From NCBI GenBank assembly GCA_045863235.1, contig BTUM01000027.1:1-64000 (forward strand): DNA of 64,000 nt, given 5' to 3'. The position numbers and the translations under genes were made by a program. Positions within the stretch are counted from its first letter, which is position 1, and each line of letters begins with the position of its first letter. This document shows positions 40,886 through 50,502 of this stretch, piece by piece. Below the pieces are notes generated by a model. That model did no database searches, had not been told where the DNA came from, and saw only the letters and a program-made list of their open reading frames with translations. Source of the stretch: Candidatus Xenobia bacterium. GTDB lineage: Bacteria; Vulcanimicrobiota; Xenobia; Xenobiales; QWHO01.

Positions 40886-41901
40886 AGAGCAGCCTGACCC
40901 TGGAGGCGGCCGGCCGCGAGGTCACCGTCACCAATCCCGACAAGGTCTACTTTCCGAAAGCGGGCAAGACCAAGCTCGATCTGGTGCGCTACTTCCTGAG
41001 CGTGGGCGAGGGGGCTCTGCGCGGGGTGCGCAACCGTCCCATGGTGCTCAAGCGCTTCGTGGACGGGGCCGAGGGCGAGCCGTTTTACCAGAAGCGCGCT
41101 CCCAGCCGTCCCGAATGGATCCGAACCTGCACGATCTCCTTCCCGAGCGGCCGCTCGGCCGACGAGGTGGTGCTCGACGAAGTGGCCGGCCTGGCCTGGG
41201 TGGCCAACCTGGGGTGCCTCGACCTCAACCCCTGGCCCGTACGCACCGAGGATGTGGACCGGCCCGATGAACTGCGCATCGACCTGGATCCCACGCCCGG
41301 AGTGGAGTTCGCCCAGGTGCGCGAGGTGGCCCTGGTGGCTCGCGAGGTGCTGCGCGAGCACGATCTGGAAGGCTTCCCCAAGACCAGTGGCTCGCGCGGC
41401 ATGCACGTCCTGGTGCGCATCGCGCCCCGCTGGGAGTTCTCCCAGGTTCGCCAGGCGGCCCTGGCGCTGGCCCGCGAAATCGAGCGGCGAGTGCCGGCCC
41501 TGGCTACCTCCAAATGGTGGAAGGAAGAGCGCCACGGCGTCTTTGTGGACTACAACCAGAACGCCCGCGACCGCACCGTGGCCTCGGCCTACTCGGTGCG
41601 CCCCACGAGCGACGCGCGCGTCTCCTGCCCGGTCACCTGGGCAGAGGTGCCCACGGTCGACCCGGCCGCCTTCACGATGGAGACTGTACCCCGACGTTAC
41701 GCCGAGATTGGCGATCCCCACCAGGCGATCGACGAGCGAGCGGGCAGCCTGGAAAGCGTGCTCGAGCTGGCTAAAGGACAGGAGGATGCCCCCTGGCCGC
41801 CCCACTTTCGCAAGCAGAAAGCCGAGCCGCCCCGAGTCCAGCCCAGCCGCAGGCGCGCAAAGGCCCAAGAGGATTCTTCGAAATTCGACCGCGAAGGGTG
41901 A
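40882..41901 (+). CDS. Stand-alone LigD-type primase-polymerase (Prim-PolC/PolD-like)
   Basis: TNPDKVYFP, FYQKR, ELRIDLDP, KTSGSRGMH, VDYNQN and AYSVRP; no ligase or phosphoesterase domain. Confidence 0.92.
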   Translation: MKSSLTLEAAGREVTVTNPDKVYFPKAGKTKLDLVRYFLSVGEGALRGVRNRPMVLKRFVDGAEGEPFYQKRAPSRPEWIRTCTISFPSGRSADEVVLDEVAGLAWVANLGCLDLNPWPVRTEDVDRPDELRIDLDPTPGVEFAQVREVALVAREVLREHDLEGFPKTSGSRGMHVLVRIAPRWEFSQVRQAALALAREIERRVPALATSKWWKEERHGVFVDYNQNARDRTVASAYSVRPTSDARVSCPVTWAEVPTVDPAAFTMETVPRRYAEIGDPHQAIDERAGSLESVLELAKGQEDAPWPPHFRKQKAEPPRVQPSRRRAKAQEDSSKFDREG

Positions 41902-41933
41902 GGGGAGAACTTCCTCCGGGGGAGCTTTGAACC

Positions 41934-43622
41934 ATGGCCGAACCCACTGCCACCCAGCAGCCCACGCCTTCGACCCAGACCAACAAGCTGCTCGAGCTTT
42001 GCCGAGCGGTACTCTCGGGTGAGCCGGGCAAGCTCAACGACCTCAATCTGTATTTGCAGGAGCGGGTGATGGCCCTGGATCAGGCCCGGGCCAGCTTTCT
42101 GGAGGCCGTGGGCGCCGAGGGGGAAGCCTTCGCGACCGCCTTCCGCGAGTCCATCGACGCGGTGCTCGAGACCTTCGAGCAGGTGGCCGAGGCTCAGGGC
42201 ACCCTGGCCATGTTCTTGAAAGACCGCCAGATGGTGCACCTCGAGCGGGGGATCGACCAGCTGATCGGGGCCACCAACAACATGTACGTGGCTGTCACCC
42301 ACTACGAGAGCCGTTATGCCCAAACCGGCCCCAGCCAGTTTCCCGTCCTGAACTTCTTTACCAAAGCCGTGGCCTCGCTCAAGGCCGGCGAGATGAGCGC
42401 CGACGACTTCCGGGTGGCCGTCGACGGGGGCCGCCAGTTCTTCGAGAAGGCCGTCGAAGAGATCGACCAGAGCTCGAAGAAGGACGAGAAGGGGGTCCCC
42501 GAGCGTCGCGAGGCGTGCCTTCGTATCATTCAGGCCTTTCAGCAGATGGAGCGCAACCTGGGCGAGAGCGACCTGCTCGAGCTCGATCTGCGGCTGCTCG
42601 AGGAAGGCTTTGCCAAGATGGAGGCGGCCCTCAAGCTCTACCAGCAGGGCGCCTTCATGGAGACCCCCACGGAGTCTCCCTACGTCAACTGGGTCATCCA
42701 TGCCGCCGAGGGCGTCAAGGCGGGCCAGTACCCACCCCAGATCCTCAAGGAAGCCCTCGACTTCCTCGAGAGCAACGTGCGCGAGGCGCGCCGTCAGTTC
42801 GAGAGCTCGGCCCAGGTGCCGGTTTCGTCGGCCGTGCTGCAAGACGAGATCCCCCGCACCCTGGAGGCCTTCGACCTGCACGACGAAGCCATTGCCCAGA
42901 TGCGGGCCACCCTGCCCAATCCCACCCCCGAGCAGATCGACGCTGGCATCGCTGCCCTCACCAACGCCGTCAGCTCGCTCAAGGGCTCGGCCGACGTCTA
43001 TCAGAACGTGGCCGACCGTGAGGGCAAGGTGCTCTGTCCTCGCTGCGGCCAGCCCAATATGCCCGATGTCAGGGTTTGCACCCAGTGCGCGGGTCCGCTG
43101 CCCCGGGTGGCCGACCCCCAGTTCAGCCAGGGCGCCGCCTCGACCTTCGAGGTGCGCGAGACCGACGAGCCGCGTCCTCAGCGCGAGGAGATGGTGATGA
43201 CCACTCACCTCAAGCGCCTCTTCGACGCCTGCGAGGCCATCGACCAGAAGCAGATCACAGCCGAGGAATTTCTGGAGGTGCTCGACTGGGCCGAGGGGCT
43301 GCTCGAGCAGGGCGAGTCCCAACTGGAGAACGTTTCCCGTCCCGGCATCCCCACCGACCTCACCGAGGAAGAAGAAGAGTCCCTGCAAGACCAGCTCGGC
43401 CTGGTGGACGAGACGGTCGACCTCTTGCAGCAGGGCATCCAGGAGTTTCGCAACGGGCTGGAGGTCATGCGCTCTTATCTCGACAAGCGCCAGCGCGATA
43501 CCCTGGTGACCGGCATCCGCATCGTCTGGGAGGGCTCGCAGAAGATCTACCAGGTGCAGCGGATGGGCCAGTTGGCCGAGCAGATGGAGAACGAACCGGC
43601 CCCCGAGCCCCAGGAAGAGTGA
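41934..43622 (+). CDS. Hypothetical protein with four helical-bundle repeats and a zinc ribbon
   Basis: Acidic all-alpha sequence; CPRC...CTQC; internal repeats of about 110 aa. Confidence 0.85.
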   Translation: MAEPTATQQPTPSTQTNKLLELCRAVLSGEPGKLNDLNLYLQERVMALDQARASFLEAVGAEGEAFATAFRESIDAVLETFEQVAEAQGTLAMFLKDRQMVHLERGIDQLIGATNNMYVAVTHYESRYAQTGPSQFPVLNFFTKAVASLKAGEMSADDFRVAVDGGRQFFEKAVEEIDQSSKKDEKGVPERREACLRIIQAFQQMERNLGESDLLELDLRLLEEGFAKMEAALKLYQQGAFMETPTESPYVNWVIHAAEGVKAGQYPPQILKEALDFLESNVREARRQFESSAQVPVSSAVLQDEIPRTLEAFDLHDEAIAQMRATLPNPTPEQIDAGIAALTNAVSSLKGSADVYQNVADREGKVLCPRCGQPNMPDVRVCTQCAGPLPRVADPQFSQGAASTFEVRETDEPRPQREEMVMTTHLKRLFDACEAIDQKQITAEEFLEVLDWAEGLLEQGESQLENVSRPGIPTDLTEEEEESLQDQLGLVDETVDLLQQGIQEFRNGLEVMRSYLDKRQRDTLVTGIRIVWEGSQKIYQVQRMGQLAEQMENEPAPEPQEE

Positions 43623-43665
43623 CCGGTGACCAGGGAGGCAGACCAAAGCTGGTGAATCTATTCGC

Positions 43666-44469
43666 GTGAGCCCCTCTTTGCGCTCGATGTTCCGCACCAT
43701 GCCGGTCACCATGTGGCTGATCGCGCTGAGCCTGGCTGTCATTGTGGCCTTTGTGATCAGTCCGCGCCACGTTCTCGCCTTTGTGGCCGGCGATCCTCGC
43801 CAGTACCCCTGGACGCTATTCACCTACCCCTTCCTCACGGTCATGAACCCGCTGGGCTGGGCCTTCATGATGGCCGTGCTGTGGTGGGTGGGCGGCCAGA
43901 TGGAGTCTTTCTGGGGCTCGCGCAAGCTGCTGGTGGCCTGGCTCACGGTCAGCTGTCTGCATGACCTGGTCACGCTGCTCTGTACCGGCCGCCCCGAAGT
44001 CGGCATGACGCTGCCTCTGGGCTCGCTCTGCGTGGCCTGGACGGTGTTGAACCCGCGGGCCCAGATCATGCTGATGCTGATCATTCCCGTGAGCGGAGTG
44101 ATCTTCCGCTACATCACCCTGATGGGCATGTTCCTCTGGTCGGGCCTGTCGGGCAATCCTCTGTCGGGCGTGGGGGCCGTGCTGGTGGGCCTGGCAGCCG
44201 GCTACTGGACCGCCGTGAGCCCGGCCCGCCAACTCTGGCCCGGCAAGCCCCGCAAAGCCCGCAGCTCAAAGTCCAAAGCTCGCCTGAAGCTGGTCGAGAA
44301 GCCGCCCGCCAGCAACATCCTGGCCCCGGTGCCCGAGGTGAGCACAACCCTCGAAAGAGACATCGACCGAATCCTGGACAAGATCCGGGTGGATGGCATC
44401 GGCGCCCTCACCCCCGAAGAGCGCCGCACCCTTGACGAGCACAGCGTGCGCCTGCGAAAAAGCGACTGA
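43666..44469 (+). CDS. Rhomboid-like membrane protein lacking catalytic residues, DUF6576-like C-terminus
   Basis: PWTLFTYPF, GGQMESFWGS and IDRILDKIRVDGIGALTPEER; no GxSG motif. Confidence 0.75.
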   Translation: MSPSLRSMFRTMPVTMWLIALSLAVIVAFVISPRHVLAFVAGDPRQYPWTLFTYPFLTVMNPLGWAFMMAVLWWVGGQMESFWGSRKLLVAWLTVSCLHDLVTLLCTGRPEVGMTLPLGSLCVAWTVLNPRAQIMLMLIIPVSGVIFRYITLMGMFLWSGLSGNPLSGVGAVLVGLAAGYWTAVSPARQLWPGKPRKARSSKSKARLKLVEKPPASNILAPVPEVSTTLERDIDRILDKIRVDGIGALTPEERRTLDEHSVRLRKSD

Positions 44470-44478
44470 CCTTGCGAG

Positions 44479-45819
44479 GTGAGGGAAGCCGTCGAGCAGA
44501 TCGGCCAGCTGATGGCCGCCCAGGAGATCGCCCACGTGCTGGTGGGCCTTTTCGATCTCAACGGCACGCTGCGCGGCAAGCGGCTTTCGACCCCCCGCTT
44601 TCTCTCCGCTTTGAAAGACGGCTTCCGCTTCGGATCCATCCCGCTTTGTTGGGACGCCGCCGACAACCTGATCGACTATCTCCAGCTCTATGAGGACCAC
44701 CCGGGCTTTCCCGACTTTCCGGCCCGACTGCTCCCCGCCTCGCTGCGAGTGCTGCCCGTCGAGGGCAACATTCCCTTGTTCCTGGCCGAGTACGCTGAGT
44801 CAGGTCCGGGACGCGATTTCTGCTGCCGCTCGCTGCTGCGCCGGGTCACCCGCCGGCTCCAGGATGAGGGTTACGAGAGCATGGCGGGCATCGAGTATGA
44901 GTTCACCGTCTTCAACGAGTCCGAGCACAGCTGCCGCCAGAAGGCGTTTCGCGACCTGATCCAGGCCGGACCGGTGCCGGGAGGCTTCTCGGTCGTGGGC
45001 ACCCTGGCCGAGTCGGAGTTCCACCGCGAGCTGATGGACGCCGCCGCCACCATGGGCCTGCAAATCGAAGCTCTGCACCACGAGACCGAGTCCCTGGAGG
45101 CCGCCCTGGCCCCGGCCCCGGCTCTGGATCTGGCCGACCGGGCGGCGCTCTTCAAGATGCTGGCCAGAGCGGTGGCCCGCCGCCACGGCAAGCTGGCCAG
45201 CTTCATGGCCCGCTGGACCGAGAAGGTGGCCCCCAACGGTGGGCACGTGCACCTCTCCCTTCGCGACGGCGAGGGGGAGAACGTGTTCCGCTGCGAGGAG
45301 GGAGAGCTCTCGACTCCCATGGCCGGCTTTCTGGCCGGACTCCAACGACGCTTGCCCCAGCTGACCGCCCTGCTGGCTCCCTGGGTCAACTCCTATGCCC
45401 GCTTCTGGCCGCACTACGTGACCGCCAACCAGATGAGTTGGGGCATCGAGAACCGCACCTGCGCGGTGCGGGTCATCCCTGGCTCATCGGCCCGGCTCGA
45501 GATTCGGCTGCCCGGGGCGGACGCCAACCCTTACCTCACCCTGGCCGCCATTCTCGCCTGCGGGCTGGAGGGCATCCTGACCGGGGAGACCCCGACCGAG
45601 CCGATGGAGTGCCACTCCTACGACCGGGCCATGGACCCCGACTACCTGCTGCCGGCAACCCTGGGCCAGGCGGCCCGGGCTCTGCGCGAGTCCGAGTTTG
45701 CTCGCCAGACCCTGGGCGAGGTCTTCGTGGACCACTTCGCCGCCACTCGCGAGTGGGAGGAGCGCGAGTTCCGCAGCCAGGTGTCGGAGTGGGAGCTGCG
45801 CCGCTACTTGCTGCTCTAA
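44479..45819 (+). CDS. Glutamine synthetase-family ligase (gamma-glutamylpolyamine synthetase-like)
   Basis: LRGKR, GIEYEF, NGGHVHLS, WGIENRT and EIRLPGADANPYL motifs. Confidence 0.88.
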   Translation: MREAVEQIGQLMAAQEIAHVLVGLFDLNGTLRGKRLSTPRFLSALKDGFRFGSIPLCWDAADNLIDYLQLYEDHPGFPDFPARLLPASLRVLPVEGNIPLFLAEYAESGPGRDFCCRSLLRRVTRRLQDEGYESMAGIEYEFTVFNESEHSCRQKAFRDLIQAGPVPGGFSVVGTLAESEFHRELMDAAATMGLQIEALHHETESLEAALAPAPALDLADRAALFKMLARAVARRHGKLASFMARWTEKVAPNGGHVHLSLRDGEGENVFRCEEGELSTPMAGFLAGLQRRLPQLTALLAPWVNSYARFWPHYVTANQMSWGIENRTCAVRVIPGSSARLEIRLPGADANPYLTLAAILACGLEGILTGETPTEPMECHSYDRAMDPDYLLPATLGQAARALRESEFARQTLGEVFVDHFAATREWEEREFRSQVSEWELRRYLLL

Positions 45820-45920
45820 GGCGCCCGAGACGTGCCCTGAGAACTTGTTTCGAACCGAAGCGGCGAAGTTCAGCCTATTCACCACAGTGCCGTGCGAGGA
45901 GTATAGAACCGCGGCCCATG

Positions 45921-45952
45921 AAAAAAGCCCCCCGGTTGCAGCGGGGGGCTTT
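45921..45952 (-). terminator. Intrinsic terminator for the Gly/Gln-rich gene
   Basis: AAAAAAGCCCCCCG...CGGGGGGCTTT hairpin. Confidence 0.85.
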
Positions 45953-45974
45953 CTGCTGGTCGAGCGACGGAGAG

Positions 45975-46991
45975 CTAGATGGCCATTCCGCCGAAGTTGG
46001 GCTGCTGGATGCCACCCAGACCCGGGACGTTCTGCCCGAGGCCGAGGCCCTGAGCCAGGGGGTTCTGCTGGCCGAACTGGCCGAGCTGCTGGGCACCGCC
46101 GCCGCCACCCAGGGCAGCCTGCACCAGAGCGTGAGTCTCCGGCTTGATCTGCTGGGCAGACTGCGGGTTCTGGATAGCCTGGGCGTAGGACTGGGCGAGC
46201 TGGGCTTTGAGCGGGTTGCCGCCACCCTGCTGGAGCGGGTTGGCTCCGAACGGCTGCTGGCCGCCGAAGGGCTGCTGTCCACCGGGCTGGCCCGCACCGA
46301 GTCCGGCCTGGAAACCGGCCATAAGCGGGTTGCCACCACCAGCGGCACCGGGAGCGCCCACACCGGGGATTCCTCCCTGCTGGCCGAACTGCTGCTGTCC
46401 GAAGGGCTGCTGCCCACCGAGACCGCCACTCTGCATGAGGACCTGAGCCGCCATGCCCTGAAGCTGGGAGTTGATGTCGCCCTGGCCCTGGCCGGGCTGC
46501 TGGGCCTGCTGCGGTCCGCCAGCCTGCTGAGGCCCGCCGCCGCCGCCAGCCGGGGGAGCGCCGCCGCCACCGCCCTGCTCGCCGCCGCCGCCGCCGCCTT
46601 TGTCGCCGCCGCCGCCAGCGCCTTCACCGGGCTTGTTGCCGCCCATCTCGGCCAGCTTCTTCTTGAGATCCTCGATCTCTTTGTTGAGATCCTCGATCTC
46701 TTTGCCCTTACCAGGCTTTTCGCCCTCTTTGCCCTCCCCGGGCTTCTTGCCTTCGCCTGGCTTCTCGCCATCACCCTTGATGTCGACTTTGTCCTTAGGA
46801 TCCTCTGGCTTTTTGGCGTCGTCCGCTTTCTTGGCTTCGCCAGGCTTTTTGGCTTCAGCAGCCTTTTTCGCATCGGCTGCGCCGGCAGCCTTGTTCTGGG
46901 TCGCACCTTTGTTCGCCTGAGGCTGTTGCCGCTGAGGCTGCGTCCGCTGAGAACCACCACTACCGCTAGTCTTACTCACTCCACCAGCCAT
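45975..46991 (-). CDS. Gly/Gln-rich, Cys- and Trp-free low-complexity protein (harpin-like composition)
   Basis: AAGGAG RBS, extended -10 upstream and terminator downstream; KPGE, KEIEDL and GGQQPF repeats. Confidence 0.85.
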   Translation of the reverse strand: MAGGVSKTSGSGGSQRTQPQRQQPQANKGATQNKAAGAADAKKAAEAKKPGEAKKADDAKKPEDPKDKVDIKGDGEKPGEGKKPGEGKEGEKPGKGKEIEDLNKEIEDLKKKLAEMGGNKPGEGAGGGGDKGGGGGGEQGGGGGAPPAGGGGGPQQAGGPQQAQQPGQGQGDINSQLQGMAAQVLMQSGGLGGQQPFGQQQFGQQGGIPGVGAPGAAGGGNPLMAGFQAGLGAGQPGGQQPFGGQQPFGANPLQQGGGNPLKAQLAQSYAQAIQNPQSAQQIKPETHALVQAALGGGGGAQQLGQFGQQNPLAQGLGLGQNVPGLGGIQQPNFGGMAI

Positions 46992-47027
46992 TCTTCATTT
47001 CTCCTTTGCTCAAGACAGGTTAGGCAC

Positions 47028-47123
47028 ATCTTACCACCGGCTCCTCGGTCATGCATAGAGCACTTGTAACATGAAGTTTGCCGATGTTAACAAATAAAGA
47101 CGGAACGTAAACAGCCTGTTAAC
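47028..47123 (-). promoter_or_regulatory. Extended -10 (TGGTAAGAT) with four phased GTT[AT]AC-like boxes upstream
   Basis: Minus-strand boxes at 47117-47123, 47106-47112, 47085-47091 and 47064-47070 (spacings 11, 21, 21 bp); -10 at 47028-47033. Confidence 0.55.
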
Positions 47124-49503
47124 TCGAGGTCAAAGGGGGAAGGGCCACCTCCAGCACTTCTTCCATCCCTTCCACGAAAACGAAGTCCAGCTTGGACTTG
47201 ACGTTCTCGGGCACATCCTGCAGGTTCTTCTGGTTGGCCCGGGGCAGCACCACGCGCTGAACGCCGGCGTTGTAGGCGGCCAGAACCTTCTCCTTGATCC
47301 CTCCCACCGGCATGACCCGCCCCCGCAGCGTGATTTCTCCTGTCATCACCACGCTCCAATCGACCGGCAGCCGGGTGACGGCCGAAACCAGAGCCGTGGC
47401 CATGGTAATTCCGGCCGAGGGACCGTCCTTGGGGATGGCCCCCGAGGGTACGTGCAGATGCAAGTCGTGGGCATAATAATCGAACGGGATTCCCTGACGA
47501 CCACAGTAGCTGCGGACCCAGGTGGCGGCCGCTCGAGCCGATTCCTTCATGACCTGGCCCAGGGATCCGGTCAGAACCAGCCGCCCTTTCCCCTCGGTCA
47601 GGTTAGCCTCGATCAGCAAGACCTCCCCCCCCACCGAGGTCCAGGAGAGGCCTCGAGCCGCTCCCAGGAGGTCGCGGGGCTCGCGCTCATCGCACCCCCA
47701 CTCGAAGATGGGCACCCCCAGCGCTTTCTCCAGGTGACGTGGCAAAACTGGCCCGGGCCTTCGTCCGAGCACCTTCTCGACCACCTGCCGGGCCCGTTTA
47801 CGGCACAGCCTGGCGATCTGGCGGTCGAGATTGCGAACCCCGGCTTCCCGAGTGTAATTGCGGATAATGGCCCGAACGGTCTCCTCGGGCAGGCCGAGCT
47901 GGCGAGAGCTCAGTCCGTGGGCCTCCAACTGCCGGGGTACCAGGAAGCCCAGTGCGATGTGTATCTTCTCCTCTTCCGTGTAGCCGGGAATTCGAATCAC
48001 TTCCATGCGGTCACGCAAAGCTGGAGGAACCGGGTCGAGCAGGTTGGCGGTCAGCAAGAACATGACCTCGGAGAGGTCCACTGTGACTCCCAGATAGTGG
48101 TCCTTGAACTCCTTGTTCTGCTCGGGATCGAGCGCCTCGAGCAGCGCGGCCGAGGGGTCGCCACGAAAATCCAGGCCGAGCTTGTCGATCTCATCGAGCA
48201 CGAGCACCGGGTTCTTACTCTTGGCCTGACACAAAGACTGCACGATGCGTCCGGGGAAGGCGCCCACATAGGTGCGCCGATGCCCGCGGATCTCCGCCTC
48301 GTCCCGCACCCCTCCCAGCGAGGTGCGATGGAACTTCCGACTCAAGGCCCGAGCGATCGAGCGCCCCAGGGAGGTCTTCCCCACCCCAGGAGGGCCCACA
48401 AAGCAGAGGATGGGGCCCTTGTGGGCCCCCGCCAGCTGACGCACGGCCAGGAACTCCAGGATGCGCTCCTTGACGTCTTTGAGCCCAAAGTGGTCCTCGT
48501 CCAGGCAGGCTGCCGCTCGCTTGAGGTCGAGCTGGTCCTCGGTGCGAGAGCTCCACGGTACCTGGAGCAGCCAGTCGAGGTAAGTGCTCAGAACCGTCCG
48601 CTCGGCGGCCGCAGGAGGGGTGCGCTCGAGCTTCTTGAGCTCTTTCTCGGCATGCTCGCGAACGTCGCTGGGAAGCTCGGCTCGGGCGATCGTGTCGGCC
48701 AGTTGGCGAACCTCCTCCTCATCCTCGTCCCCGCTCCCGAGCTCTTCCTGGATCGCCCGCAGCTGCTGGCGCAGGAAGTACTCCCGTTGCCCCTTCTCCA
48801 TCTCGCGCTCGGCCCGCGACTGGAGTCGGTTCTCGATCTTGAGCACCTCGAGCTCGCGCGACAGATGCACCGACACCAGCCTGAGCCTCTCTCCGGCGTG
48901 AGCACACTCGAGCAGGACCTGCTTCTCGGCCAGTCCGGTGTCCAGGTGAAAACCGATGACATCGGCCAGGTGACCGGGGTCGGTAATGTTGATGAGAGCG
49001 ACGAGCAACTCGGGTGGAACGTCCTTGCCCAGGTCGACCGCCTGACGAAACTGGTTGAGCACCACCTGCATCCCGGTGCGGGCCGCTTCCTCGCTGCCCC
49101 CCCGCTCGGCCAGCATGCGGATGCTGACCCGAAAGAAGGGTTTGCTCTGCCGCGTGCGCAGGATGCGGGCCCGCTCAAGCCCCTGCACCACGACGCGGTA
49201 GCCCCCTTCGGGAAGTCGCAGCGCCTGCAGGATGCTGCAGTAAGTTCCCACCGTGTAGAGGTCCCGCCGGCCCGGTTGATCCAGCCCCGGGTCTCGCTGG
49301 GTGACCACGAAGAGGCCGCGCTCGTGCTCCAGTGCTCTCTCCAGCGCCCGCACGCTGGGCTCGCGCCCCACCAGCAAAGGCATGATGAGATGCGGGAACA
49401 AGACCACTTCCTTCAGGGCCATGAGCTCAACCTCGCGCTGAGCCGGCTCGTCGGAGACCGGCTCAGGCAGCGGAAGCACGTTGCGAATTCGGCGCCGAGC
49501 CAT
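47119..49503 (-). CDS. lon: Lon protease
   Basis: [30 protein letters not shown] (catalytic Ser) and GGIKEK (Lys). Confidence 0.97.
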   Translation of the reverse strand: MARRRIRNVLPLPEPVSDEPAQREVELMALKEVVLFPHLIMPLLVGREPSVRALERALEHERGLFVVTQRDPGLDQPGRRDLYTVGTYCSILQALRLPEGGYRVVVQGLERARILRTRQSKPFFRVSIRMLAERGGSEEAARTGMQVVLNQFRQAVDLGKDVPPELLVALINITDPGHLADVIGFHLDTGLAEKQVLLECAHAGERLRLVSVHLSRELEVLKIENRLQSRAEREMEKGQREYFLRQQLRAIQEELGSGDEDEEEVRQLADTIARAELPSDVREHAEKELKKLERTPPAAAERTVLSTYLDWLLQVPWSSRTEDQLDLKRAAACLDEDHFGLKDVKERILEFLAVRQLAGAHKGPILCFVGPPGVGKTSLGRSIARALSRKFHRTSLGGVRDEAEIRGHRRTYVGAFPGRIVQSLCQAKSKNPVLVLDEIDKLGLDFRGDPSAALLEALDPEQNKEFKDHYLGVTVDLSEVMFLLTANLLDPVPPALRDRMEVIRIPGYTEEEKIHIALGFLVPRQLEAHGLSSRQLGLPEETVRAIIRNYTREAGVRNLDRQIARLCRKRARQVVEKVLGRRPGPVLPRHLEKALGVPIFEWGCDEREPRDLLGAARGLSWTSVGGEVLLIEANLTEGKGRLVLTGSLGQVMKESARAAATWVRSYCGRQGIPFDYYAHDLHLHVPSGAIPKDGPSAGITMATALVSAVTRLPVDWSVVMTGEITLRGRVMPVGGIKEKVLAAYNAGVQRVVLPRANQKNLQDVPENVKSKLDFVFVEGMEEVLEVALPPLTSS

Positions 49504-49660
49504 AAGGCCATACTTTTCTCGCCGGTCAGGCCCTCTCCTCGCCCAGGCCGCCCATCAGGGCCGATTTGTCCGGTTGGCAACAAACTGGAAATACAGGGAT
49601 AACAAAGCACCGAAGGTCGCCGGCTTATCGTGCAGGACAAGACCGCTCAGGAGGCCAGCC

Positions 49661-49780
49661 GTGAACATCCAGATCATTCCCATCGAATCGAACGACCCGC
49701 TCATGGTCGAAGTACCCCTGGAGCAGCCGATGGTCGAGCTGGCCAATCCCAGGTTGCGGGCCGCCGACCTCTGCCTGTAA
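49661..49780 (+). CDS. Possible 39-aa small protein
   Basis: AGGAGG RBS 6 nt before GTG; MNIQIIPIESNDPLMVEVPLEQPMVELANPRLRAADLCL; host-like codons. Confidence 0.5.
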   Translation: MNIQIIPIESNDPLMVEVPLEQPMVELANPRLRAADLCL

Positions 49781-49886
49781 GGCAATGCCAAAGCTTATGG
49801 TCGCTGGGCGGGGAGTTCGCACTCCGCTTTATAAGTCAGCCCCCCTGAGTGAGGGCAGGTCGATCGTCGGCCTCTTCAGGTCCAAC

Positions 49887-49919
49887 AAAAAAGCCTCGGA
49901 GTTGCTCCGAGGCTTTTTT
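49887..49919. terminator. Bidirectional terminator directly after tRNA-Leu
   Basis: AAAAAAGCCTCGGAG-TTG-CTCCGAGGCTTTTTT. Confidence 0.9.
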
Positions 49920-50006
49920 TGGTGCGGAAGGGGAGACTCGAACTCCCACGGGCGTAAGCCCACTGGACCCTGAACCCAGCGCGTCTGCCAATTCCACCAC
50001 TTCCGC
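49920..50006 (-). tRNA. tRNA-Leu(CAG)
   Basis: Minus strand GCGGAAGTGGTGGAATTGGCAGAC...CTGGG-TTCAGGG-TCCAG, long variable arm, GTTCGAG T-loop, encoded CCA. Confidence 0.97.
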
Positions 50007-50016
50007 AGGTCGGGCG

Positions 50017-50502
50017 TTATCCTAGCACAGGGCTGGCGCCTCCGTCAATGGCCTGCAACTCCGACTGCTCCCGAGCCATCTGATCGCACGCTTCGTTGTG
50101 CTCGTGGCCGGCATGGCCTTTGACGTGCTCCCAGGTCACATAGTGCTTACGAGCGGCCTCCAGCAAGCTCTGCCACAGGTCCTGATTCTCCACGTCCTTC
50201 CTGGCAGAAGTGCGCCACCCGTTTCTTTGCCAGCGGTCCAGCCAGTTCTGGTTGAAAGCTTGCACCAGATAACTCGAATCGCTGTAGATGGCCACTCGAA
50301 CCTTGGAGCGGGTCAGACTTCGCAATGCCTCCAGGGCCGCCGTCATTTCCATGCGATTGTTGGTGGTGTGCGCTTCGCCTCCGCAGATGTCACGCACTTT
50401 CCCCGTGGGCACGTGGATCAGACGGGCAGCCCACCCTCCGGGACCCGGGTTCCCCTTGCAGGCGCCATCGGTATAAACGATGACTTCAGGCTGATTGGCT
50501 AC
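50017..50502 (-). CDS. rnhA: Ribonuclease HI (apparent non-canonical GTA start)
   Basis: In-frame VIVYTDGACKGNPGPGGW upstream of the track start at 50412; TTNNRME, YSDSSY, NQDLW and VKGHAG..NEACD. Confidence 0.92.
   Translation of the reverse strand, partial: VANQPEVIVYTDGACKGNPGPGGWAARLIHVPTGKVRDICGGEAHTTNNRMEMTAALEALRSLTRSKVRVAIYSDSSYLVQAFNQNWLDRWQRNGWRTSARKDVENQDLWQSLLEAARKHYVTWEHVKGHAGHEHNEACDQMAREQSELQAIDGGASPVLG

Noticed and set aside
47067..47088. Sigma-28 promoter (GCCGAT)
   Set aside because: Wrong spacing to a TAAA box and no downstream plus-strand gene
41697..49602. Long ORFs 41697-43823, 45438-47069, 45875-46960 and 47452-49602
   Set aside because: Antisense or alternate-frame shadows of real genes, with no motifs or RBS
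49785..50006. tRNA-Leu as an integration site
   Set aside because: No integrase and no duplicated tRNA 3' end seen; a terminator follows directly
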